A stretch of 62,344 bases of DNA, filler included, from Dimargaris cristalligena (Eukaryota), in the NCBI GenBank assembly GCA_003614675.1. It is 19 parts of 19 records of this genome, joined end to end, with 100 filler letters (N's around TTAATTAATTAA, not from the genome) between each part and the next. Parts side by side here need not be neighbours in the genome. Positions count along the whole stretch, not along the records: positions 26,480 to 29,677 come from ML004011.1; positions 29,778 to 32,961 come from ML004012.1; positions 33,062 to 36,242 come from ML004013.1; positions 36,343 to 39,523 come from ML004014.1; positions 39,624 to 42,795 come from ML004015.1; 14 more parts are not named here. One strand, given 5' to 3'. Positions 28,423 to 40,934 of the stretch are shown one piece after another. Numbering within the stretch: position 1 is the first letter of the stretch; the number at the start of each line of letters is the position of its first letter. The translations under genes were made by a program, and so were the position numbers. The notes under the pieces were generated by a model that had not been told where the DNA came from, did no database searches, and saw nothing but the letters and a program-made list of their open reading frames with translations.

Positions 28423-29151
28423 ATGAAAAAATAAATATCTTTAAAGAATAAAGGTAAATTATAAATTTATTGGTGAATTAATAATATAAATAGAAAAATT
28501 TATATCAGTTTTACTATAAATTTAAATAAAATATTTTATAATTTTTATAGTCTTTTTTATTTAGAAAGAATAACTATGGCTAAACGTTATACGTTCTTTA
28601 AATATAGATTTTTTAATTTTTTATTATAAATTTTTTTAAATTATGATAAATCTATTTTATTTGAAAAAAAATAGTTTTATTTTAATTAATTAAATCTTGA
28701 AAATTAAACATCCTTGTAGGAGAGTTAATAGATAATTTTTTTAGTTTTTGATATTTAGAAGATATTATTATAAAAATAATTGGTTTAAATAATCCTCCGT
28801 TTTTTTTTTGTAGTAAAAAAACGTTTTATTTTGAGGATTTATTTAAATTTATGAGTGAAGTTAAAAAAGGTCTGTATGATAGTATAAAGAATTCTTTTTA
28901 TAGTAAGAAGCATTTTCTAAAAATTATTTTTTCTAGAATTTTATTAAGAATAAAAAAAAATCCTCCTTATTATGAAAAGTATTTATGTTTATGATTCTAA
29001 TTTAATTCGAACACACCAATTTATATGTGTTGGAGAAATAATTAAAAATCTTAAAACTTCTCAAGTTGTATTTTATAGATCTTTGGATTCTGGAGTTAAA
29101 TTTAGGGATAAATGGATTATTACTTCTTATCCTATAAATAGTTCTGATTAA
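28423..29151 (+). pseudogene. Decayed GIY-YIG homing endonuclease with NUMOD3- and NUMOD1-like modules
   Basis: Fragments read KNKGKL*IYW*INNINRKIYIS (GIY-YIG-like), MSEVKKG...NSFYSKKH (NUMOD3-like) and KSIYVYDSN...FYRSLDSGVKFRDKWIITSYP (NUMOD1-like); several stops and frameshifts. Confidence 0.7.
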
Positions 29152-29246
29152 TTCTTATTTTTTTTAGGTTTAATTTTTTAATTTCCCAATTTTCTTTTAT
29201 TCTTTATATATTTCTTTTATCCTTTATTGTATTTTTAATTTATTAG

Positions 29247-29534
<288 letters not shown>

Positions 29535-32500
29535 TTTATTTAGATTTAATTAATCTTTATAAATTATTTTTTATATTTTTATACTTAATACCCCCCTTCC
29601 CCTTCTTTCCTCCCTAATATACTTTTTTAAATAAATAAAAATTTTATAAGATATTAAATTATTTTATAAATAAGAAGNNNNNNNNNNNNNNNNNNNNNNN
29701 NNNNNNNNNNNNNNNNNNNNNTTAATTAATTAANNNNNNNNNNNNNNNNNNNNNNNNNNNNNNNNNNNNNNNNNNNNTAGGTCCAGCATTTAAAATACAT
29801 GTACAAATGCTATAATATATATTTTTAAAAAAGTATACTAACCATTTAACCTGCACATTGGCAGGCACCACCCAGGTTGGAATTAATGGGTGGCTGGATT
29901 TCGTGGCCGACCCCTATCTTGGTCGGAGAGTTCAGCATAGGGGTCGGTGATAGGGTAATCCCCCCCAAAATTAAGTGACATGTCCCTGGAGCCACCCTGT
30001 TGAGGGGGACTATAGTTGTTTGTTTTCTGTGTTGCTGCAGGGAGCCGCCTCCATACCTTGATGCAGGCAGCCCAGAGAGTGGTAAAGATGGCCTTTGTTC
30101 TAGACATCTTCAAGGGAGACGTTTTGGAAGGAAGTTAAGGATTGATATAAAAGTAGAGTGTGTAAAAAATGCTGAAGTTTTGGGTGGGTTTAAAGCTGAT
30201 GTGGGATATGGAGGTGATGCCCTTTTCCCTTTATATATAGTAAAAATCTGTGTGGTTACCAAGTTGGGGTGATGTAGAATGCCTGACTAGGTGTTCAATG
30301 TGGGCTTAGACCATAGGGACATCCAGTACATTCACCGAGGGAACAATGGCACAATTGGTGATATGGATCCATATTTTTGCAAGACAGAGTTAGCATGCCT
30401 ATTCATTCCCATTGGCGACCAATAAAACAGCTGTTTAGAAGTCCGCTACCAAGTATTCAGTATTGGGTTAGCCACTGGGTTTTGGATTAACATAACCAAC
30501 CAATGATATGGCCAAAGATGCCAACTGGTAATGGGACAGGACTACGACAATGGCCAGGGTTCTTGAATGAAGGCTTCTATAAAGCGCAATATTTTTTATT
30601 ACTGTATAGAAAATCACCTTGGAAAATTTAATATCAATCCACAATAGGATGATTGGACTAACAATGGTAGTTAGACCCGACCACGGAGCCCACTACATTG
30701 CCTATCAAAAGGGATTTGGTCCTATCAGTAAGTACAATGTAATACCAACATAACTAGTTGTACCTAACAATTTCTGGCCCAGTCACCAACCAATTAGACA
30801 CCAAGTAGACATGGTGGGGTCGATACCAACGACGATCCCCCTAATGTGAAGGCAAGGCTTGGCGAAATCATAAATCTTTTCAGCTATTGACAAACTGGGA
30901 ATGGCTGATAGCCGCCGCAGTCCCATTGTGGTGTAGCATATATATTAGATCATTGGTTTTTTATGTTGGTGCTAGAAGTAAATTAAGGATGTGGATGGGA
31001 CGCCAGAACTGCGAATAGTGAATGGTCTGGTGTTTGTTTCAGATACTATATTGGACGGGTCACTACAACGGAATCCCCGATGGACCTTCACATTTATAAG
31101 CTTAGTTCTATCGTTCTGATCGGTGTTACTGCTGCTGTTCATGGGTGTAATTCTTTTGTGGGGTAGTAGTTCTACTACTTTTGTTGCAACATTGCTTTGT
31201 CGATTTCATTGTCAATGGAGTAAATACGAAATTGATGTTTGGGCTAAGGAATGCTAGATACGATTTAGTAGTGTCGGTTTTCAAGGTACCAAAACCGACT
31301 TTGGAAGCTGTGCCTGGATTCCTAGGATGGCATGGCCAGGGTCTGTAATTGAACGGGGCATTCCTAGGCATGGTTACGGATACCATCAGTCCATCGATAA
31401 ACTCACCAGGCGACTGGCCTAGTTAGTGTATTCGGTAGTCACCGGACCTTATTTTAACGGTATATAGTCAATTCTGAGCGGTGATCATAATTGCCGAATA
31501 CTTTCGCAGCAGATGGTCAGGCCTACGATTACTCTCCTCCATTTTCCATATAATTAAATGGCTTCTTGACTTGTGGATCAATAAGTACAATGGCGGTGCT
31601 GATCAATTACTAAAATCTGCCGGAAGTACTTACCTTGCAAGGTTGCATGAACTATCCACTGCTAAGTACACTGGCATGTTGCCATTTGTGTCCCATACGA
31701 TTTTGAACTTGTTCTCCATCTATTATCAAGCCGCCTTTTCTTACATCGCCAGTCTAGCCCTGGGGCATGTTGATTGGGCTTCCTGTGACTGAAATCTAAC
31801 TGCCATTCTGATTATTTGCAAAATGGCCGAATTACAGATTACTGTGTTATGGCTCATCCAGCACAGCTTTTTTGTCATGGTGAGCAGAAGGGTAATACGC
31901 GGTTTACAACTACGCGCCCTTCAAACTAAAGCCTTGCCTCTAGATATCCGTACAATATTAGTGCCATTGCCAGCCATAGTGCCCCTTCCTTTCTAACCCG
32001 GCCTTGATGGTGCTATTTCTGAACATTACCGCTTTATAATGTGACACCTGCACTACTTTTTAGTTGCCATATCCTTCTCGTTGAATTGTATACTACACTC
32101 TTAGATCGACAAAATATTAGATATAGCAACAAGTTAACTCGGAGTATGCTATGCCGAGCTTGATCAATTTCACTGGTACAAATATAATTGATGAAAGGGG
32201 AGCAAGGAGAGATGCTCAAGTCCTCCAAATTGATATGCATGCGTTAAATTTCGACCAACAGGAATGTTTAAGATAAATCATCACAGAGTAGGAGAATAAA
32301 GGCCGCTCTGGAGGAAGTGCTATTAAGCATGTGTATGGGTCTAGACGGGAGGTTTGCATTAATCGTGGGGACTTCCGGGTTTCAAGGGTAGGTAGACATT
32401 CTGGCAGGTGAGCCATCTTATAGGGATAAGAGGAACGGGACACCGTGACTTCGTTATTTATTTATTTACCGAAATAAATACTTGGAGAACTGCCCAGTAG

Positions 32501-33061
32501 TGGAAGCTGTTTGGCGCGAGCACCCTAATGGATGTTTGAAAACGATTTGACTTAGTACCGAGTTTAATGCGATAATAGAGCATTGTTCGAAATAATGTTA
32601 CGAGATATCCACGTACCCTCCTAATCCGGCTTTTGCTTTCAGATTTAAATATTATGGAAAGCGGCAAGTTTAATAAATATAGATAATAAATGTCGTGCTT
32701 AATAATCTAAAGGATTAAAGCCGACTACCTATGAAGGACTAGGTGTCATCATCACCTAGTTCTATCAAGGAGGCGCGGGAATTCGGCCTTGTTGAAGGAT
32801 CAGCATCCTTCAGCCATTCCCGCCACTCGATTCACATATTCTATATATCACCTTCATTATATACCCGTCTATTATTAGTTATCATTTATATTACTATCTA
32901 GTAGCGTTTTCCAGCATCTTCTATACCGGTTTGATGCCTTTACCATTAGTCTGCTCGGCTANNNNNNNNNNNNNNNNNNNNNNNNNNNNNNNNNNNNNNN
33001 NNNNNTTAATTAATTAANNNNNNNNNNNNNNNNNNNNNNNNNNNNNNNNNNNNNNNNNNNN

Positions 33062-33675
33062 GTAGTATATCCCGGCCAAACTATTTTTAGTTTAGAAAAG
33101 ATGAAGAACATCACTGAAGGTCAGTCTTCATCTTTTCTTATCTATTTATAGGCCACCTTTCCATTATTCAATATTCATAGTATTATTCGTAGTTCGAGGA
33201 TGTTTTAGTTATAGAAGTCTGGGGTGTATCCCCAGCCTTTGCACCTCCAAAGCTGCCAGCATTGGTGGCCTTCATTATTCTATTATCTAGTATCATTATA
33301 GCACCAGTAAGTCGCTATGTCCCATTTTATATAAATACCCGTTGGGTATTCTCTTAAATAAAGACAAGCAGTTTTTACATGAGTATAGTTTACTATTCAG
33401 TTTTATTTCGATCCCCGGTCTTGCTCTATCCACGTCGTCATTTGACCCAAGCCCATTCATTGTGCCTTATCCGTCGTGCACTAGAAGGATTCTTGAGTGA
33501 TCCCCGGTCGCCTAGTTGTCCCTGTCTGAAGATCAGATAAGAGTCGTTCCCGCCGAGTGCGTGTTTTCCAATAGTTAGCTAGTTTTACCACCGGACTGTT
33601 ACTGCTCCAGCCGGCCCTGATAAGGTTATCAGGCTATATTATCTTGTGGTATTAAGTACAACCACAACCACAACA
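33062..33675 (+). mobile_element. Dispersed repeat family B (LTR or non-autonomous Helitron-like; class unresolved)
   Basis: Similar to ~40338-40934; its 5' end is repeated at ~42744-42795; conserved hairpin CCTGATAA-GG-TTATCAGG near the 3' end. Confidence 0.7.
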
Positions 33676-35002
33676 TCAGCATGGCCGGGCACATGGGCAT
33701 ACCTAATTACCAGCTTCCAACGGTGATTAATCCAATGAGATTCAAGGGTATTGCCAATTTAACCATGTCGTACCATTTCGGATACACCATGATCAGTAAC
33801 CGACGAAACAGCTATACTTTGAAAGGCAGAGACTACAACAGTTGGTCGAATGGTGAACAGCCACCATTGTCCATTCGATCACTGGGGACGCCAATCCTGC
33901 CGATAAGTCAAAAAACCCCAACAAAAATTAAAAACAGCCGTTACAAAACCTTCCACAAGAACAAATACACCTTTAGGTAATTGTGAGCCTGATGGCTGGT
34001 CTAAGTGGCCTAATTGCAACCCATAACCCTTTGCAATCATCCTTTTTCTCTATTATACGAGCACTTTAGTTTCCTTATTACAACGGGGGAGGGTTATTTA
34101 TTTGATCCTCCCTGGAACGTTTAAGGGGAAGGAGAGAAAGAGGCACTCTGGGCTATCTCATCCAACCCAACTACTCTTCTCGCTCTGTCCCTACCCAGTC
34201 GGTTTGCAAGGGAGCCTAGGCCATTTTCTCCATATCCCCTAATCTAGCACTTTAGAGTACTAGGGGTCAGCTATCTATATAGTGCGGTGGGGCTATTGCC
34301 GGCGTGGCTAAGCCCACTCAGACCACTTCAAAATATAGAGGTTAATGAGGCAGTGGTATTCTCCAAGAAGAGCAGTAATCGTTGATTAAGTAAGTGTGGG
34401 CAAGACTTAAGGAATTACTTTCGGATTAACAATTCAAGAAATGACAGTCATATTTATTTATTATTATTTAAAGGAGTGGGGAAATTGAAAGTAACCAAGT
34501 TTCAGATTTTTTTTAAAAAAAAATATATATGTTCAAGTCATGGCAGCTAACCTTGCTCAACCAAGTCCAGACTCTAGACGGGTCTATTAATGTACGCCGC
34601 CAAATTGGCTGTTAAGCAAATATATTCTAGCAATATGTACGGAGATCAGGGTGTATATCGTATTTCTGATTTAAAACTATACAACATGGGTTGAGTTGAA
34701 GGGGGGTTGAATTAATGCCATAGAGATGGGTGGTAAATGTATTTAAAGGGCAGTAGCTGTCAATGAGGAAAACAAGGTTCTAGTATATATTTATTTGTAT
34801 GATAAATGATACATGGGAATAGTAATATTAGGTGAGAGTAATTTGGTAGCCAGATACCAACTAATAAATATAAACAGGAAATGTTTCCTTTTATGAATAT
34901 TTATAAAGGCATATCACCCTATCTAACTAGCCTTAATCCGGCCCAGTTAGATTCATAATTATATCATGAATTGTTGTACTATATAACCTTTTTCATGACT
35001 AC

Positions 35003-35590
35003 TGTTACCCAGGTTAACTACTCTTAGTCCATTAAGAGTCCCAAGGATAGGTATTTAATGGTAGGTGGGGCCTAGGCTTAGCTAAGTGGGTTTCTAGTAT
35101 TAGGTATAAGTATAGTACTAACTAATAAAGACCAAGTAGTAGGTATGTATAAGGGATATGCAGTGGGTACACTTACTAGTCTGTATAAGGGGAATTAAGT
35201 GTATATAGAGTTTATTAGGGGTAAACTAGGGGTAAGAATAAGCTAAGGAATCTAACCAGTCCTAATGGGGCCTGGTTATATATATATGTAGGGACAACTC
35301 TAGAGGGATGTCCCAAGGGAAGAATATTACTAAGATTATAGGATAGATAATTAGGCTGAACAGATGGCCATGGGTATTCAGGAGACTCAGATAATAACTG
35401 GATGAGTCTTTAGATTAGTACTTGAGTGATTAGTGTAAAGGGGTGGGGTCCAGAAGGGGAAGGGTTATATAATATAGGGTGATCCTATAGTACTGGGGGT
35501 GACTATGGGAAGGTTAATATGGTACTATAAGGCCTAATAGGAATGGATACTAAGGTGTTCAGATTAAAGAGGATTAGATGGTCTGATACA
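35003..35590 (+). mobile_element. Family A solo LTR-like copy, heavily C>T/G>A mutated
   Basis: TGTTACCCAGGTTAACTACTCTTAG start; colinear with 21696-22284. Confidence 0.8.
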
Positions 35591-36342
35591 ATTGACTATT
35601 ATTATAATACAATTATATAAATTTATAACTAAGGGTAAAATCTAATCTAACTAACTGCAATTTCTTATACCAAATGATGAAAGGGAGAATAGGCTAGATA
35701 TCAGTTTATAACCTAAAATACTGGATTTATTAACCAGGGTTTTTAGTGTATAGCCAGACTGAAACTCTCCTATTTCATAGTTTAGAATCTAAACTCCTCT
35801 CTGACAATCTCTGTGTAGCTTATTCTATAATATTAAGTCTTATTTAGATAGTTTTTTGGTATAGAGATATTAAGAAAGCTCACAATAGATAATTTTAAAA
35901 AATTGATTAGAACTTATATCTGCAGCTGGAAAATAATAGCTAGGAAACTATCTATTATAGGATCATTTATTATATTTTTAATTTAGAGACCCCAAGGGGA
36001 CAATCAGTTTGGATGTTTATATTTCATCACTGGGGGAGCCTAGTGCAGATCAGACATCCTGTGTAGCCAGAGGTTCAACCAGGCCACCACAGGTGCCTAT
36101 GCTACCCATAGCTATTGGTCCCCCCAATATTATTACAAGGGTATTAACTAGGAGCAACCATGTTGTAGCAGCACCAGCACATTATCCGGAAGTGGCACTC
36201 AAACCTACCAGAACACTAGGTATATACCCCCTCCCCCCCATTNNNNNNNNNNNNNNNNNNNNNNNNNNNNNNNNNNNNNNNNNNNNTTAATTAATTAANN
36301 NNNNNNNNNNNNNNNNNNNNNNNNNNNNNNNNNNNNNNNNNN

Positions 36343-39300
36343 CATGGCAAAGGCTGATTTCACCGCACTGATAGTAAGACCCGCATCATGAAGATCTCGC
36401 AAGACAGCAACTACATCGTCCGCATGTTGATAGACCATTTTACGGATTCCTTGATGGACTTGTTGTGCTTCAGCCTTAGGCATATGGGTTTTGATAACAC
36501 CATCATCAATGAATACAGAAACACGATCCGGTAGATGTTTTATCAATACCTTCATCATGATTCTTTGGAATACGCCTACGCTGTTTGTCCATCCCATAGG
36601 GAGACGAGTCATGCGCATTAACCCAATGTTGGTATTGATGGCGAAAATATCATGATCACGAGGGTCAATAGGGATTTGGTCGTAACCGGAATAGAGATCG
36701 AATGTGCTCAACAAACAACAGCCAGTAAGGTCTTCGGCAATTTCATCAGCTACCGGTGGAATTCCGGCATTTCAAATAGTCACCGCATTAACTGGTTGAA
36801 AGTCTTGGATAAAACGGAGATTTTCCTTGTCCTTTTTGAGAATCGTAAACCAGCGACTGGCATAGGGTCCAATCGAGGGTTCAATAATTCCTGACTCTAG
36901 CCATACTCGTAACATTTGTTGAATCTTGTCAAATAAAGCACGAGGTACCGAGTAGGGTTGGAAGTTCTACGGCTCATGTGGTACAGTGGGTACTCGAATC
37001 GGTGGTTCTACTTCAGAGTGAAGAAGTCCTAAATGGTCTTGGTTAAATGCAAAGACAAATTCGACCTCACGCAAACGATTCAGAAAATATGCCACTTCAG
37101 TAGGGGTTAGTTCACCATCACCAATGGTTAACAGCCCTTCTGTTTCCGGGGTTAAATGAGTTCCCGGAGTGATATCCGTATCCAGTGAGGTACAGTTGGA
37201 TGTAGTAGCAAGCTGGAAATCATCGGGGATCGGTTTCACTGATGGATGGACCTTAGTGCCAACAGGTTTGTACTTAGTGGCCACCACAGATAACTGCATA
37301 CAGTTTACATGAGTTTCTGGGGTGTTATCCATGGAACTGCTCGGCATTTCAAAGGAATCAGTGATATTCCCTGTATGTATCACCAGATGTTTACGGGACC
37401 CAGTACTCGCCTTTTCGACAGTCCAGTCAACATGATGTAACCATGGAGTTCCAAGAATGGCAGTTCGATTTGGCAGATCAATGATAAGGAAATTCGCTTT
37501 CACTTCCACTTTTCCGGTAATTACGGGAACATTAGCATGGGCATAGCAAACTTTGATAGAATCATTGTTTACTCCATAGATGGCTGGTACAGTAGCTTGG
37601 ATGATGGCACTTCTCGGTCAGAGTTGCATAGCCAAGTCTTTTGTTAAGATGTTAGCCTGCGACCCAGGATCAATCAAAACGGTACATTGAATTGACCCAA
37701 TACTAGCCGGTATTTGTAAAGTCGGCATGCTATAAAATACAGCACCCTTAGCTTCCAAACCGGTTTCATGTGGCTCTGGTACCTGAGCATCCATGATGGT
37801 AGCTATTTCTGCAATGGCAGATGAGGGTTAAGTAACCACCGAGGTTGTGGTCACATACTCTCGATGACGAGTTAGTTGACTACAAAGGAAGTTCTGGGTA
37901 CAAGGAGAGATCGAAAGGTAGTCCATAAAGGACATTCCTAAATTATCGCGAGACATGTGTTTGATTACAGTCTCCTCCTTATTACGTTTATCGAGTTCTG
38001 ATCGCAAATGAAATTTCGACTTCGGACGGACTGGAGGGGCTGATAATTCCTCAGTTGGATCTGCCGGTGTTTCATCAAGTGTAACTACCTCATGCGTCTC
38101 ATCTGGATCCTCCATTCCATCATCGTCCTCATCAGTGTCAGGTGCCAGCTGGGACATTGGTAGAACCTGCTGTTGGTCTAACTCGACCAGTGGTGTAGGC
38201 TGTTGTACTACTGCCTGCGGAGCCTTATGCCGTCCATTAAGGGAATCACTCATTTGGGCAGTTGGGTTTCTGGTATCAATCGAGGTCTTAGCCCTTTTTC
38301 CTATGGCTTTAACACTCGCTTCTCCATACCCCATGGTCAGTACCTGAGGAACTCGTCGAACCAAAATACATAAACTGGTAATCCGAGGTTGTGGTTGATT
38401 AGCCTGTTCCTCTGCAGCTCGTTCACGATTAGCCTGTTCTTCAATCGCAACCTTCATACCACCACGCCCTAAACGAGATGCAATGTCAAGACCATTAGGC
38501 CATTGGATCCAGCCATTAACGATTTTAACCTGGTGATTTGCAATAGCCACTTGGAGACTCGAGCAGTCATTCTTGAAATGTCCAGTATCATCACAGAACA
38601 AACAATGACGGGGTCTAGTTGGGGTATTTTGGACCGGCACATTAGACTGGACAGCCTCGGAGAAGCTGTTTCATTTCTTCACGGAGACTATCCACTGCAT
38701 TAGGAGTCACAGTTGTCACTTGTTGCACATGGGCCTTCCAAACTTTCACACACTGGCTCTGGCATTGTGAATGATGATCATGGCCACTATCTTCTTCATC
38801 CTCAGTATCTGAGTCCGATGAGGATGAATCAGAATTAGAATCTGACTCGGAGCTTGAAGAGGCATAGCTCCTTTTGGATGCACCTTGATGCTGTGCATGG
38901 TTACAGGCCATTCGAAGGATACTCTCGTGCAGTTCCTTAAAGGATGGATGCGGCTCTGGTGAAAGATCATACACCACTCGGATGTAGCGTGAAGGTACCA
39001 TGCTGGAAAGGAGGTCAATCTTCTCCTCATCAGAGACCATCGGGGTCTGGTTCGCAGTAGCAGCAAACTGTAAGAGGAAGGAAACTAGGTTCTTGCTCTT
39101 TGGTTTCTTTTGTACCAATTTACGCAAGGCACGGCTGCGCTGGGTACCCGTTGAATACTCCTTTGTGTCCTCGGAGTCCAGAAGGTACCGCCGAATGTCT
39201 GCCCAAGAGTCACGGTGGGTGTACATATCGAGAAGAGCGTTTCACAGTCTCTTGGGGACATATTTCGTAACGTAGTTGAGGTACCGTCGCTCAGGGAAGT

Positions 39301-39523
39301 TATTGGCAATGGCATATCGCTCAAAGTCCTCCAAAAAGGCCTCAATACCGTAACCTGTATACTTGGTTGGAGGACGATCACTCCCCGTTGAGGATCGACG
39401 GTTGTCAGTAGCCTCCCAATGAGCACCACTTGTAGTAACACGGCCCAGGGATCCGGGAGGGTTCAGCATGGCCCTATCGGGTTGAAGGGCACCGGACCGT
39501 GAGGAGGAGGCCGGAAACAACCG
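36343..39523 (-). mobile_element. Ty3/gypsy retrotransposon internal region (gag-protease-RT), inactivated
   Basis: Gag-like N-terminus, zinc knuckle CLFCDDTGHFKNDC, protease VLIDPGSQANIL (~37655-37685), RT motifs FDLYSGYDQI, RLPMGWTNS and VFIDD; stops at 39242, 37828 and 36967 plus frameshifts. Confidence 0.95.
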
Positions 39524-39623
39524 NNNNNNNNNNNNNNNNNNNNNNNNNNNNNNNNNNNNNNNNNNNNTTAATTAATTAANNNNNNNNNNNNNNNNNNNNN
39601 NNNNNNNNNNNNNNNNNNNNNNN

Positions 39624-39700
39624 ATCATCACCTTTCCCTTTTATTATCTATCTTTTCAAATAAAGTTCAGTTTTTAAGGATTTGAGTTCAGTTCTTTACA
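39624..39700 (+). mobile_element. Family D LTR-like terminus
   Basis: CAAATAAAGTTCAG...GTTCTTTACA is the reverse complement of the 3164 and 46017 copies, with a few differences. Confidence 0.7.
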
Positions 39701-39806
39701 GGGGGAAAGTTTCCCTTATATGTAAAAATATACATACTAATGCATGTACCAATCACCCATATATATGGCCTGATCAAGTGCATCAATGGTGCATATTCAA
39801 TCAAAA

Positions 39807-39897
39807 AAAAAATGCCAAGACCTTTAGCTCTATAGTAAAAAATACCAAGACTTTCAGCTCTATAGTAAAAAAATGCCAAGCCATTCTCTGTATAGGG
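39807..39897 (+). repeat. Tandem repeat, ~30-nt unit, about 3 copies
   Basis: AAAAAATRCCAAGACYTTYAGCTCTATAGT twice, plus a third degenerate unit. Confidence 0.8.
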
Positions 39898-40254
39898 CTG
39901 AGAATTATTAAAACCAATAAGCCTGTAGTGAGCCTGCATAACCAATTGCAGGAAAAATAAGATATCACATAGTGAAACCAATAAAATAAAGGATAAGAAT
40001 ATAATCAAATAACCACTAGTAATCAAGCATGAATATGCATATCCAATTGTAGGGATAGTATGCATTCACTAATAGAAATATAAAAAAACTTAAAGGAAAA
40101 ATTCATATGGAAGGAATGGGTTAAAGGGGAGGGGGAAAAACTGGATATACCAGACAAAAAAGCTGCTTTATACCTTGTATATAAATATAAAAACTAAATG
40201 ATAATAGTTTGCACCTGTGGCAATCAAGGGAACACTCCACCTTGCCACACCATC

Positions 40255-40934
40255 AGAAGTCTATCCCTGGGACTCTTGACAGACTATGAGTGGTAAACCC
40301 GGGTGACATTCCCACCAATATGGGCAAGTCAGCAGCTTAGGCCTACTTTCAAACATTTACTATTCAATATTCATAATTATTACTCCTAATTAGAGGATTT
40401 CTTTGCTATAGAAGTCCGGGGGGTATCCCCAGCCCTTGTATCTCCAAGCCACCAGCATTGGTGGTCTTCATTATCCTATTTTCTCTTCTAGTTGGCTATA
40501 GTTAGTGTTCATAATCACCCATTAGGTATTCCAGTACTATAGTAGCACCAGTAGGTCGCTACATTATATTTTATTTCCATTAACCCCATTTTATATAAAT
40601 ACCCATTGGGCATTCTCTCACTTAAGGAAAGCAATTTTACGCCCGTATAGTTTACTATCAGTTTTTATTCGATTCCCGGTACTGTTATCTCCGCGTCACC
40701 ATTTGGCCCAAACTCATTAATTGTGCCTTTCTGCCGCGTACTAGAAGGACCCCTGAGTGATCCCCGGTTGGCTTGTTGTCCCTGTCCGAAGATCAGATAA
40801 GAATCGTCCCCGCCGAGTACGCGTTTTCCTCATAGTTTTCTAGTTTTACCACCGGGCTGTCACTGCTCCGGCCCGTCCTGATAAGGTTATCAGGAAATAT
40901 TATATTGTGGTATTAATTACGACCACGACACTAG
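40255..40934. mobile_element. Family A fragment (minus strand, to 40308) next to a family B copy (plus strand, ~40338-40934)
   Basis: CTATCCCTGGGACTCTTGACAGACT...CCGGGTGACA matches family A; the downstream block matches 33149-33670. Confidence 0.7.

Noticed and set aside
31640-31725. Ankyrin-like DTNGNMPVYLAV on the minus strand
   Set aside because: Single short match bounded by stops; no second repeat.
29778-32961. Short ORFs in this contig and in 23600-25400 and 41000-42700
   Set aside because: No recognisable motifs or codon bias; possibly eroded genes, but not supportable from sequence alone.
33525-33560. Hammerhead ribozyme core (CTGAAGA) in family B
   Set aside because: The other copy reads CCGAAGA, and no stem II/GAAA follows.
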